Source: a virus. Taken from it: a stretch of 64,000 nt of DNA. Below the pieces are notes generated by a model. That model was not told the origin of the DNA and made no database searches. It worked only from the letters and a program-made list of their open reading frames with translations. The position numbers and the translations under genes are program-made. Positions 41,987 through 51,368 of this stretch are shown here, in pieces. How positions within the stretch are numbered: the stretch's first letter is position 1; each line of letters begins with the position of its first letter. The stretch is from positions 1-64,000 of IMG/VR virus record IMGVR_UViG_3300002835_000070; one strand, given 5' to 3'.

Positions 41987-44900
41987 ATGAAGTTATTTAA
42001 TAAAACAATAGACAGACAATTATTCAATCAATATTCACTTGGTAGTAACCTCTCTAAACAAGAGGTTGTTGTCAAGATATTCAATCCTATGGGGAATGGA
42101 AGCTGGTATATTTTAAATTCTGACCCCAATGACCCTGATTATCTTTGGGCTATTGTAGATTTAGGATATGGTGCTGAAGTAGGTTCAGTAAGCCGTAGCG
42201 ACCTTGAAACGTATAGAGGTCGATTTGGATTAGGATTTGAGCGTGATTTAGGTTTTGACCCAATTAACGCTGAAGAACTTTATAACGGTTTGAGAGAGGG
42301 TAAATTTTACGCTGACGGTGGCAACATTGAAAGTTTCAGCGATAACCAACGTATGATTATGAATCAAAACGTTGAGGTAGAACATCATCACGAGGAATTG
42401 GAAGATATTTTAGAAGATAAAGTTCCTGTTCCTGCTTGGGTAGTTGCAAAAATGGAAACTGCAACGCAAAACCTTTCCGACATTACTCATTACCTTGACG
42501 GTAAAAAAGAGTTGATGGAGGAAGAAAACGAAGAAGAGGACGAAGACGAGGAAGAGGACGAGGAAGAGGACGAAGACCAAGACGATATTAAAAATCAAAA
42601 TGTTGTCGAACCAATAAACGTGTCTGCGGGAACTAAAGCAGAATTGACTAAAAAATTTACTGACGATGCTTTGGGTAATTTTAAAGGTTTCTTGAAAGGT
42701 ATGGAGGGAGTTGACTTGCGTGAAGACTACACGTTTGATTACAAGGACGAACAATACGAAGTTGAGCCAATTGTTAACTCTGATGAAAACGGTGTTTCAA
42801 ATGCCGTGTTTAGCATTTTTGACGGAGACGGAGAAGAAGTTGGGGAAGTTACTTATAGCCGTGACGGTGGAAAACAAAAGTTTACTGCTAATTCGGAATT
42901 TTTCGGTTGGAATAATGCAAAGTTTGAAGACGGTGGGTTTATGAATAATGTTTACGCTGACGGGGGAGAAATAAGTCTTTGGAAAGCAGAGCCAAATAAC
43001 AAACCTGAAAAATTAAAAACTTTTAAATCATTACGGGCTTATAATACTTATATGAATAAAAACCGTGAATTTTTTAGAGATGAACATTCTAAAAACGGAA
43101 CAGGATTTTATGGTTTTGAAGCAGATGTAACTGAAAAAGAAGTTGAAAGCAGTATAGAAAATCTATATGATTCTAATAATAAATATGCTAACGGTGGATA
43201 TTTTGACGGAACTATACCGAAAGTTTCTACTTATATGAGTAATTATGCTAAAGGCGGAGAAGTTGCCAAAGCAGAAATTCTTGGTTTGAGTAAAAACATA
43301 ATGGGAACTACTGATATTGAAATGAAAATTTCAGGAATGAGAAAATCTCAAGACTTTAGTGTTTACCCAATTGGTAAAGATGATACAGACCAAATTATTA
43401 CAATTCAATCTGAAACAAGAATTGGTAAAATAGATTTGTCAACAGGTCGTGGATTAATGAGCCAAAGTCATTCTAACGGTGCTTACTTTGTACATTTTCA
43501 AATGGACAATCTTACTAAATTTACTGTAAGCGAAAGCGACTTAGAAGAATTGAAAATGTACATTTTTAAAACTGCGGGTTCTAATGTTGGAAGTTCAATT
43601 GTAAAATCTGACAATTCAGGGGCTTCGGGCGTTTATGAAGACGGTGGTTCTGTAAAAAGAACAAGGCGAACAAAAAACCAAATAAGGAAAGACGAATACA
43701 ATAAAGAAGTTGATTTATATAATTGGTATATTGTAAATTTTTTAGAAAATAAAGTAGAATCAGGATTTGAATATAAAGAAGATGCTGTTGACTTACTTTC
43801 TGATTATGATGGAGATAAAAATTTTAAAGTAGTATCTAAAAAAACCTTAAAAACTTTAGGAATTGAAATACCTAATGAAAATTGGAAATATGCTGACGGT
43901 GGCTTTATGAATAATGTTTACGCTAAAGGCGGTAAAATTGATAACTCACATAATTATCGATTATTAGATAGATTACGTTCAGATAACGATTATTTTTTAG
44001 GTAATGGAAACAGGTCTGAAAAACATTTGTGGGCGGGTAATGTAGATGCTCAAATAAAAGAAATGAAGCGTTTGTGGAATAACTTACCTGAAGATGCAAA
44101 ACCTGAATGGTTAAGTATGGATGATATTTTAGAATACGAACAAAAAATGAAAAAGCAATACGCTGACGGTGGCTTTATGAATAATGTTTATGCTGACGGT
44201 GGTAGAGTTAGTAATGAAGACTACGAACAAAGACTTCAATATTTAAAAATGATGAAGAACAATGAACCTACTGATTTAGGTAAATACAGAATTGACAAAG
44301 AAATCAGAGAAATAAATACAATTTTAAACCATAGAGGAAATCTAAAAAATTCTTACGCCAAAGGCGGAAGTTTAGAAGATAAACTGACTAAACTTGAAAA
44401 CAAAAAATCTGAATTAGAATCAAAATTATTTGAAGCTAAATTAAAAGAATATAAAGTTATAGAAAATATGGGTTGGGGTGCAGGTATGAGAAGAAGTAAG
44501 GTTAGTATCAGCACAAGACAAACAGATTCTTTAAAAGAAAGAATTAAACTTGTGGAAAAGGAAATAGAGCAAACCAAAATAGATATTTTGCCAAAAAAAC
44601 CTAAATACATTCTTAAAGCAGACATCAAAACCGTTACACTTAAACGTAATGGCAAGGAGGTTACTTACAGTGGTGCTGATGTTCTAAATGGTGCTAACGT
44701 ACTTGCGAAAGGCGGAGATTTGACTTCAAAAGCAAATTACATTCCAAAACGTGATGTAGTTTCTGTTGAGTTGAAAGATGGAACTACCGTTAAGCCTGTA
44801 AATGGGTATTGGGTTAAGAAAGGTGCTGAACCAATTGGAGGACAACCAACGCCTACTTCTTCAGGAAAATCAGAACCTAAAATTAGTACAACTGAAATTA

Positions 44901-45526
44901 GAAAAGATGCAAGAGGTAATTGGAGAGCGGAAAACACAGTAGATGATTTTAACGGTTACGATTGGAGAATATCTACCGTTAAAACTTATAGTGGTAATTT
45001 AGTTTCTTCTGCTCAAGGAGGTAAAACAGAGCCGACAGGAACAAAAGGTTATAGTATTTTTAAATATACTATGTATCAAGACCCAAATCATACTTTAGAA
45101 GTTTCTAAACCAAAAAGATTGACTGATAAGGTAGTTTCTGAACAACACGAAAAAGCATTAGCCAAGTTCAAAAAGTTTATGGAAACAGGAATGTTCAAAG
45201 GCGGAGGTAAAATCTCCAACTTTGATAAACTTTCTGATAAAGTAGCAAAAGAATACGAGGGAATACCTGTTAAGAGCAAATACCAAGAGCAATATGGTAG
45301 ATACTATTCTAAAGAAGAAGCACAGGAAGTTGGCGATAAAGTTGCGGGAAAAGTAAAGGCTATGCAATCTGCTAAAAAGATGTCAGGCGGTAGTACAGAC
45401 GGTAAAAAATCAAATAGCGGAGCAGAAACCCTAAAAAAAGCAAATGATTTAGCTAAAAAAATCCGTATGGATGGAGAGAGTTGGAACAATGCTAAAAAAA
45501 GAGCCTTTGCCCAATTAAAAAAATAG
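41987..45526 (+). CDS. 1179-aa modular protein: DUF2958 N-terminus, LPD11-like module, about 12 [FY]xxGG sites
   Basis: KIFNPMGNGSWY...GAEVGSVSRSDL...FERDLGF (DUF2958); YRLLDRLRSDNDYFLGNG...LWAG...KPEWLSM (LPD11-like). Confidence 0.8.
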   Translation: MKLFNKTIDRQLFNQYSLGSNLSKQEVVVKIFNPMGNGSWYILNSDPNDPDYLWAIVDLGYGAEVGSVSRSDLETYRGRFGLGFERDLGFDPINAEELYNGLREGKFYADGGNIESFSDNQRMIMNQNVEVEHHHEELEDILEDKVPVPAWVVAKMETATQNLSDITHYLDGKKELMEEENEEEDEDEEEDEEEDEDQDDIKNQNVVEPINVSAGTKAELTKKFTDDALGNFKGFLKGMEGVDLREDYTFDYKDEQYEVEPIVNSDENGVSNAVFSIFDGDGEEVGEVTYSRDGGKQKFTANSEFFGWNNAKFEDGGFMNNVYADGGEISLWKAEPNNKPEKLKTFKSLRAYNTYMNKNREFFRDEHSKNGTGFYGFEADVTEKEVESSIENLYDSNNKYANGGYFDGTIPKVSTYMSNYAKGGEVAKAEILGLSKNIMGTTDIEMKISGMRKSQDFSVYPIGKDDTDQIITIQSETRIGKIDLSTGRGLMSQSHSNGAYFVHFQMDNLTKFTVSESDLEELKMYIFKTAGSNVGSSIVKSDNSGASGVYEDGGSVKRTRRTKNQIRKDEYNKEVDLYNWYIVNFLENKVESGFEYKEDAVDLLSDYDGDKNFKVVSKKTLKTLGIEIPNENWKYADGGFMNNVYAKGGKIDNSHNYRLLDRLRSDNDYFLGNGNRSEKHLWAGNVDAQIKEMKRLWNNLPEDAKPEWLSMDDILEYEQKMKKQYADGGFMNNVYADGGRVSNEDYEQRLQYLKMMKNNEPTDLGKYRIDKEIREINTILNHRGNLKNSYAKGGSLEDKLTKLENKKSELESKLFEAKLKEYKVIENMGWGAGMRRSKVSISTRQTDSLKERIKLVEKEIEQTKIDILPKKPKYILKADIKTVTLKRNGKEVTYSGADVLNGANVLAKGGDLTSKANYIPKRDVVSVELKDGTTVKPVNGYWVKKGAEPIGGQPTPTSSGKSEPKISTTEIRKDARGNWRAENTVDDFNGYDWRISTVKTYSGNLVSSAQGGKTEPTGTKGYSIFKYTMYQDPNHTLEVSKPKRLTDKVVSEQHEKALAKFKKFMETGMFKGGGKISNFDKLSDKVAKEYEGIPVKSKYQEQYGRYYSKEEAQEVGDKVAGKVKAMQSAKKMSGGSTDGKKSNSGAETLKKANDLAKKIRMDGESWNNAKKRAFAQLKK

Positions 45527-45655
45527 TACGAAAACAGATGTAATATGTCCGACACCAAGCGGACAAAAAATAATAGCAGAAAGCCTGTTAGAAACATAAA
45601 AAAAGACAATTATTTTAAAAACAAGGCATTAATTACTTGTTTATCAAAATTTTAT

Positions 45656-45663
45656 TATATTTG
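45656..45663 (+). promoter_or_regulatory. -7 promoter element of the membrane/structural block
   Basis: TATATTTG upstream of 45696. Confidence 0.6.
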
Positions 45664-45695
45664 TAGATTAAATTAACTTTATTAAGTACAATACT

Positions 45696-46262
45696 ATGGA
45701 AACAATTAATGGATTATTAAGAGCGTTGGATAACAAAGTACCCGCTTCAATGGCTAAAAGAATAGACGGTTTGCAAAAACTGAATGTGAAATTAGAAACC
45801 GCAAGAAGCGAACACGATGCTAACCCGACAGAGGCTTCTCAAGATGCGTTAGACGAGATTATAGAATTTATCAAAGACACCCAAGAGGATGTTCAAGAAG
45901 ATTTAGAAACTCTTGTAGAGCAAAAAAGAAGTGCTAATTTAAAAGCACAGGGAGAAGAGAAAAAAAGAAGAGAACAAGAGGCTTTAGCGAAAAGAGGAGA
46001 ACAAGAGGCGTTAGCCAAAAGAAGAAAACAACAAGAGGAATTAGCAAATAGAAGAGCAAGTGAAAAAGCCCAAAAAGATGCTGAAGAATTGAGAGAAAAA
46101 GAAGATTTAGAGAAAAAAGAATCGGAAGAACAAGAATTAAAAACAGATGACGAAACTAAAACTGAAAAAAAATCAGGAATTGGTTGGGGAAGTTTGCTTT
46201 TAGGCGGTATTCTACTTGTAGCAACAGGTGGGGCAATAAAGTATTTCGGAAATAAAAAATAA
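45696..46262 (+). CDS. Coiled-coil protein with C-terminal TM anchor
   Basis: Charged helix followed by GIGWGSLLLGGILLVATGGAIKYF. Confidence 0.75.
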   Translation: METINGLLRALDNKVPASMAKRIDGLQKLNVKLETARSEHDANPTEASQDALDEIIEFIKDTQEDVQEDLETLVEQKRSANLKAQGEEKKRREQEALAKRGEQEALAKRRKQQEELANRRASEKAQKDAEELREKEDLEKKESEEQELKTDDETKTEKKSGIGWGSLLLGGILLVATGGAIKYFGNKK

Positions 46263-46429
46263 TGAGCAAAGCGCAAAAAATTTTATTAGTAGTAGGCATT
46301 TTAGGTGTTGCTTTCGGAGGCTTTGTCTTGGCGAAGTATCTTACTCGTAATGTTAGAAAAATTCGAGGTGGAACAGTCACTTTTCAAAAGTTTGACACAC
46401 CGCCAATAGAAGAACCTTTATCTGAATAA
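46262..46429 (+). CDS. Small TM protein (55 aa, absent from the ORF track)
   Basis: MSKAQKILLVVGILGVAFGGFVLAKY...; fills the gap exactly. Confidence 0.7.
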   Translation: MSKAQKILLVVGILGVAFGGFVLAKYLTRNVRKIRGGTVTFQKFDTPPIEEPLSE

Positions 46430-46431
46430 TT

Positions 46432-47130
46432 ATGGGAAAGTACACGACAGTTGCGATTAAAGTGCCTGATATTAATAGAAGTTTTGCACAATCAAATTAT
46501 AAATACTCTAACCCCGATGTTATAAGAGTTAACAATTTACTTATAGATGAAATCAATAAGTCATTTGGAAGCTATGTTACAAAGTGGGGAATTGAATTTG
46601 AAATTGATGATTCAATAATTATAGGTTTTATTGCTACCGAAAGTGGCGGTATTAATTCTCCTCCGAATAAATATGATGCGACAGGTCTTATGCAGATGAC
46701 TCCAAACACAGTTTGGGAAATTTTGGCAAAATGGCAAGTTATGGTCAATTCCCCGCTATCTACTAAAGCAAAATCTTTTTTCAATAAAGCGATTCCGTCA
46801 AGTAAAAATTTCAACGCTAATGTACTTCCGAGTTCGGCAGTAAAAAGCGAAATACGCAAAGCATTACAAAATAATCCTGAATTCAATATAGCAATTGGTA
46901 CTGCTAATTTAAGATGGCTTTTAGAAGCATTTAAAGAGGGCAACGTTGCGAGTATGAATAAAGTTATGGTTTCCTACAATGCGGGTTACTATGCTATGAG
47001 AAATAAGGTAAAAGGTGCTTTAACAACTCAACAATTAATCAATAATAAATCTATTCCTTTGGAAAGCAGAGGTTATTTATTAAAAATGTTAGGCGTAAAC
47101 GGTTTTTTAGACCTATGGTTTAAAAAGTAA
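46432..47130 (+). CDS. Lytic transglycosylase (SLT family)
   Basis: IATESGG, ATGLMQM, SYNAG motifs. Confidence 0.9.
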   Translation: MGKYTTVAIKVPDINRSFAQSNYKYSNPDVIRVNNLLIDEINKSFGSYVTKWGIEFEIDDSIIIGFIATESGGINSPPNKYDATGLMQMTPNTVWEILAKWQVMVNSPLSTKAKSFFNKAIPSSKNFNANVLPSSAVKSEIRKALQNNPEFNIAIGTANLRWLLEAFKEGNVASMNKVMVSYNAGYYAMRNKVKGALTTQQLINNKSIPLESRGYLLKMLGVNGFLDLWFKK

Positions 47131-47214
47131 TTATAAACAAAAACAAGAAACAAAACAACAACCTAATTAAGTAATGATAAATTTAAAAAATATAAACAAT
47201 TAAATATTAAAATT

Positions 47215-47469
47215 ATGAAAAAAGGTTATTTAGTAGGTGGTTTAGCGATTGTAGGTGCAATAGCATTATTTATGTATTTAAAACCAAAAAACAAAGCAAA
47301 TTCAGAGGGTTTTTACGGGGCAAATGGTAAATTAACTACCAAAGGAGGTTCGACTTCAAAAGTTCAATTACAATGTAAAAGACCTAATGGAAGTTATTAC
47401 TTACAACCATCAGGAGCAACTGCTTGTGTGTATGGTAGTGACACACCAATTCGTTACGTTGAAAATTAA
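47215..47469 (+). CDS. N-anchored small membrane protein (GGLA-SEGF family)
   Basis: TM helix, KPKNKANSEGFYGANG, Cys-pair tail. Confidence 0.8.
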   Translation: MKKGYLVGGLAIVGAIALFMYLKPKNKANSEGFYGANGKLTTKGGSTSKVQLQCKRPNGSYYLQPSGATACVYGSDTPIRYVEN

Positions 47470-47480
47470 AAACAAAAAAA

Positions 47481-47612
47481 ATGGAAAAGAAATATATCGT
47501 AGGAGGTTTAGCCGTAGTAGGTGCTTTAGCATTATTAGCTTGGTATTTTACACCAAAGAAAAGTTCAGATAAATTCTTGAACGCAACAGGTGGTTGCGGT
47601 TGTGGGGCTTAA
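47481..47612 (+). CDS. 43-aa member of the GGLA family (absent from the ORF track)
   Basis: MEKKYIVGGLAVVGALALLAWYFTPKKSSDKFLNATGGCGCGA. Confidence 0.75.
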   Translation: MEKKYIVGGLAVVGALALLAWYFTPKKSSDKFLNATGGCGCGA

Positions 47613-47614
47613 TA

Positions 47615-47908
47615 ATGGCTTATAAAATTTTACCATATTCAAAAGCACAGGCGGATAAGTTGGGGGTTGAAATAAAGCCCTCAACAAACTCTGTTAAAAA
47701 AATTGATATTTTTAAAAATGGTAAAAAAATTGCTACAATAGGGGCTTCGGGTATGAATGATTACCCGACCTATTTGGAGAAAGAAAAAAAAGGGTATTTC
47801 CCGAAAGGATATGCTAAAGAAAGACGTAGATTGTATAAGCAACGCCACGAAAAAGACCGTCATAAAACAGGGTCGAATGGTTGGTATGCAGATAAAATAT
47901 TGTGGTAA
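47615..47908 (+). CDS. DUF5754-like basic viral protein
   Basis: KK...IGASGMNDY...RRRLYKQRH...GWYADKILW; real start probably the ATG at 47615. Confidence 0.65.
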   Translation: MAYKILPYSKAQADKLGVEIKPSTNSVKKIDIFKNGKKIATIGASGMNDYPTYLEKEKKGYFPKGYAKERRRLYKQRHEKDRHKTGSNGWYADKILW

Positions 47909-48529
47909 ATGGCTCTAATATACGAAAATAAAGTTCCTGCTTCATACAGGATACCTTTTGTTAACAAGGTAAACGAAATTGCACCAAGAATAGGGGTTGA
48001 CCCTAATTGGTTAATGGCAATTATGTACTTTGAGAGCGCAGGTGGTTTTAGCCCGTCTATTACAAATTCATTAGGGTATGTAGGCTTAATTCAATTTGGA
48101 GCATCGGCAAGAAAAACTTTAGGTGTTACAAAAGAGCAACTAAAGGCAATGACCGCAGTAGAGCAATTAGATTACGTTGAAAAATATTTTAATTTATATA
48201 AGGGTAAATACAAAACTTATATAGACACATATTTTGCAGTATTTTTTCCTTTAGCAATTGGAAAGCCCGATGATTGGGTAATTCAAGGCGGAGGTCTTAC
48301 GGCAAAACAAATTTACGATGCGAACCCCGCTTTCCGAAATGTAAAAGACGGAAAATTGAGAGTTTGGGAAGTTAAAAAAACAATGTTAGAAAAACTGCCG
48401 AGCCAATGGCTACAAGACGGAAGTTTTAGTTTGGCAGTTAAAGCATACAAGAATTATATTGCAGTTGGTATATTATCAATATTGGCAGGATTAACATTAT
48501 ATTATTATGGTAGAAGCAGTACAAAATAG
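47909..48529 (+). CDS. Lysozyme-like/lytic transglycosylase with C-terminal TM anchor
   Basis: LMAIMYFES...GLIQF...EQLDYVEKYF; hydrophobic C-terminus. Confidence 0.85.
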   Translation: MALIYENKVPASYRIPFVNKVNEIAPRIGVDPNWLMAIMYFESAGGFSPSITNSLGYVGLIQFGASARKTLGVTKEQLKAMTAVEQLDYVEKYFNLYKGKYKTYIDTYFAVFFPLAIGKPDDWVIQGGGLTAKQIYDANPAFRNVKDGKLRVWEVKKTMLEKLPSQWLQDGSFSLAVKAYKNYIAVGILSILAGLTLYYYGRSSTK

Positions 48530-48701
48530 TCAGACGGGAACACCAAATGAAGAAATGGATAAGACGATAAAAAAAGACGTAAATGCTCAAATACATCAGC
48601 ATTTATCTACAATTTTTGTTGTAGTAGGCATTATATCTTTTACATTGGGTGCAATTGTAAATTGGTACACAATTCAAAGAATTAAAGGCGGAAAAATATA
48701 A
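48507..48701 (+). CDS. Small TM protein
   Basis: STIFVVVGIISFTLGAIVNWY helix. Confidence 0.7.
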   Translation: MVEAVQNSQTGTPNEEMDKTIKKDVNAQIHQHLSTIFVVVGIISFTLGAIVNWYTIQRIKGGKI

Positions 48702-49129
48702 TGAAAATATTTGGACAAGTTTTAGATACAAATGATGAACCAATGGCATTGGCGAATATTACTATTGTTACAGGCGTAAATGCTAATACTATGGGTACTC
48801 ACGGTGATTTAGATGGTAATTTTGTTTTAGAAAGTCCTAATATTGAAAGCGATTCCCGATTTAAGGTTTCTTATGTAGGATATGTATCTCAATTTTTCAA
48901 TACAAATGAATTACAAGGTAAAAAAGTAAAATTAAAAGACGATGTGGAAGAATTGCAAGAAGTTGTAATTACGGCAGGTTCAAAACCGTCTAATTCTTCT
49001 ACTAAAACTAATGTAGTACAATCGAGTAAAAAAAAGTTTGTTCAGCACTTACAAGACCATAAATTCGTTTATGCGGGATTAGGAGGATTGGCAGGAATAA
49101 TATTAATTGCGAGAGCATTTAAAAGATAA
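48701..49129 (+). CDS. Carboxypeptidase-regulatory-like (SusC N-terminal type) domain with C-terminal TM
   Basis: GQVLD..DEPMALANI...GTHGDLDGNF...VSYVGY...LQEVVIT. Confidence 0.85.
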   Translation: MKIFGQVLDTNDEPMALANITIVTGVNANTMGTHGDLDGNFVLESPNIESDSRFKVSYVGYVSQFFNTNELQGKKVKLKDDVEELQEVVITAGSKPSNSSTKTNVVQSSKKKFVQHLQDHKFVYAGLGGLAGIILIARAFKR

Positions 49130-49140
49130 AAAATAAGATT

Positions 49141-49575
49141 ATGGCAAAATATAAATTGTTAATAGATATTGTAACGTATAATTATGGAGGCGGAAACCCA
49201 CCAAAAGTAATTTCGGAAAAATTTGTAATTCCAAAAGGAACAATTGTTGATATTACACCGCAACCGTATTCAGGAACAACTAATTTTTCTTATATTGTAG
49301 ATACAAAATACGGAAAAACAAATCAAAATAATTTTGATAACGGAAGTAAAGACGAACCATCAATCACGATTGAAAAAGTTTCTGAAAACACCCCCGTTAC
49401 TTTAGATGCGAAAATAATTCCTAAAAACGTATCTTCAAATCAATCTATGCAAAATATTAGTTCAGGTATCACAAATGTTGTTCCTGAAACATTTTTACAA
49501 AAACACAAAAACCATTTACTAATTGTTGGAGCATTAGTTATTGGATATTTCGCATATAAAAAAATAAATAATTAA
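49141..49575 (+). CDS. C-anchored membrane protein (KHKNHLL family)
   Basis: Ends TFLQKHKNHLLIVGALVIGYFAYKKINN. Confidence 0.75.
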   Translation: MAKYKLLIDIVTYNYGGGNPPKVISEKFVIPKGTIVDITPQPYSGTTNFSYIVDTKYGKTNQNNFDNGSKDEPSITIEKVSENTPVTLDAKIIPKNVSSNQSMQNISSGITNVVPETFLQKHKNHLLIVGALVIGYFAYKKINN

Positions 49576-49599
49576 ATAAATAAATAAAAATTAAAAGTT

Positions 49600-50037
49600 A
49601 TGGAAACTAAAAAAATATTATTGATAGGTGGTGGAGTAGTAGTTGCTTATTTACTTTACAAAGGATATACTGATAAAAAAGCAAAAGATTTAATTGCTTC
49701 TGACTTATTAGCAACAAAAACCGCAGATTGCGAAGCTAAATTTTTAGAAAATGAAAAAACAGTTAGAAGAAGTGCAGGTTTTGATATGGTTGCTTATAAA
49801 ACGCAATTTATGAAAGACTGTTTAAATGCTACACCTGAAACAGGCGGGGCAGAAATACCTCTTGGAACAGGTGGAATTAAAACACCACAAGAAAACCCAA
49901 TTAAAGGCAATATAATGCCTTTAAAGAGCAATACAATGACTCTTGACGACAATATTATAAGAGGTCAATTAGAACAAGCAGAATTAAGTTTTGCAGGGAC
50001 TAAAGGAAAATCTTTAGCGGGACAATATTATAGATAA
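49600..50037 (+). CDS. N-anchored membrane protein with Cys-pair helical hairpin
   Basis: TM helix; DCEA...FMKDC motif shared with 52294 and 52569. Confidence 0.75.
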   Translation: METKKILLIGGGVVVAYLLYKGYTDKKAKDLIASDLLATKTADCEAKFLENEKTVRRSAGFDMVAYKTQFMKDCLNATPETGGAEIPLGTGGIKTPQENPIKGNIMPLKSNTMTLDDNIIRGQLEQAELSFAGTKGKSLAGQYYR

Positions 50038-50041
50038 AAAA

Positions 50042-50296
50042 ATGGAAAATAAAAATTTATTGCTAATTGGCGGTGGTCTGCTAATAGCTTATTTAGTTTT
50101 TAACAATTTAAAAGCAAATAAAAGAGCAAATGATTTAGAAACGATGGTTGCTTCTATGAATCAAGCAACACAGGAAAATAATATTCAATTAAGCAATGTA
50201 GGTCAATTAGCTTCTGAAGTTGTTGAAACTCCTGCTCCTGAACAACCGCAACAAAGAGTTAGGCTGAATGAAATGCCTTTGTCAACTCGTTATTAA
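50042..50296 (+). CDS. N-anchored membrane protein
   Basis: LLLIGGGLLIAYLVF. Confidence 0.75.
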   Translation: MENKNLLLIGGGLLIAYLVFNNLKANKRANDLETMVASMNQATQENNIQLSNVGQLASEVVETPAPEQPQQRVRLNEMPLSTRY

Positions 50297-50313
50297 AAAT
50301 TAATAAAAAAGTT

Positions 50314-50622
50314 ATGGCAAAATATACATTTGTAAAAGATTATAGTTACACAGTTTACGGAATTGGAAGACAAGATAACACCATAAAAAAAGGACAATCA
50401 TTTGACGGTATTGAAACGGCAAACGGAATTGTTATTTCTCCAAATGGAAGTGACTTATCTAACTATCAAAAAGAGGTTTTGTATCCTGATATGCCATCGT
50501 CATACTTGGAAGTACCTAAAGAGTATTTAACTCAATCGTTCTTTCAGCAACACAAAAACCATTTACTAATTTTAGGAGGATTGGTATTAGGATATTTAGC
50601 ATTTAAAAAATTTAATAAATAA
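50314..50622 (+). CDS. C-anchored membrane protein (KHKNHLL family)
   Basis: Ends HKNHLLILGGLVLGYLAFKKFNK. Confidence 0.75.
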   Translation: MAKYTFVKDYSYTVYGIGRQDNTIKKGQSFDGIETANGIVISPNGSDLSNYQKEVLYPDMPSSYLEVPKEYLTQSFFQQHKNHLLILGGLVLGYLAFKKFNK

Positions 50623-51365
50623 AAAGTTATGAATATTGCAAAACTATCATTAAGTACAAGAATGGCGATAAGTAATAATTTCGGATTTCCAAAAGGGGAA
50701 AACGGAAATATTGGTGCTTTTGTTAAGGTAAGTAAAAATATAGACAAAGAATTAAAAGATTTAGGGGCTTCTATTCAAGGTTTAATGCAGGGTCAAACAA
50801 CAGGAGAACTTTTTACAATTCGATTCCCGATTAATTCACTTGATAAAATATCAGAAATTGACGGTCTTATTTATCTTGATATTGGAGAAAAAGCAAATAT
50901 GAATATTGACAGTCCTAAAAAACAAGCAAATTATAATTTATTAAATGAGCAATATCAAGATGCAATAAATCAGCAAAAGGCTTTAAATAATAAAAGTAAT
51001 TCAGTTTCAAAATATATTTTTAAAGAAGATTACGAGGCTATTGGAACAAATATAATTGACAATAATCTAACAGACCAACGCTCACAAAAATTAAAACATC
51101 AATTTAAAAAAGGAGATGTTTTTGAGGGAAATAAAATAGCAATTGGTGGTGGAGCAGACCCTAATTTTGTTCAATATGGTATAGAAATAATCACTCCGAA
51201 TAATTATTTAGAAGACGGAAGATTCGTGATGTATAATGGAGTATTTCAAGTTCCTGAAATAGTAGTGAGCGAACAAACATTTTTACAAAAACACAAAAAC
51301 CATTTACTAATTTTAGGAGGATTGGTATTAGGATATTTAGCATTTAAAAAATTTAATAAATAAAA
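50549..51365 (+). repeat. Identical 76-bp direct repeat (50549-50624 and 51290-51365) encoding the C-terminal anchor
   Basis: Direct sequence comparison; a more diverged third copy lies at about 49489-49575. Confidence 0.92.
50629..51363 (+). CDS. C-anchored membrane protein (KHKNHLL family) with an extra N-terminal domain
   Basis: Internal KYIFKEDY...KKGDVFEG module and the same C-terminal anchor. Confidence 0.75.
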   Translation: MNIAKLSLSTRMAISNNFGFPKGENGNIGAFVKVSKNIDKELKDLGASIQGLMQGQTTGELFTIRFPINSLDKISEIDGLIYLDIGEKANMNIDSPKKQANYNLLNEQYQDAINQQKALNNKSNSVSKYIFKEDYEAIGTNIIDNNLTDQRSQKLKHQFKKGDVFEGNKIAIGGGADPNFVQYGIEIITPNNYLEDGRFVMYNGVFQVPEIVVSEQTFLQKHKNHLLILGGLVLGYLAFKKFNK

Positions 51366-51368
51366 GTT

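Noticed and set aside
35171-45526. Tape-measure protein interpretation (FAxGG also occurs in tape measures)
   Set aside because: No long regular Ala/Leu helical repeats and no tail genes nearby; segments between motifs look like distinct globular modules.
47215-47612. Double-glycine bacteriocin/RiPP precursors
   Set aside because: The leaders are TM helices rather than ELxxxxGG type, and no C39 transporter or modifying enzyme is nearby.
49489-51365. DGR template/variable repeats
   Set aside because: The copies are identical or differ without adenine-specific bias, and no reverse transcriptase is present in the window.
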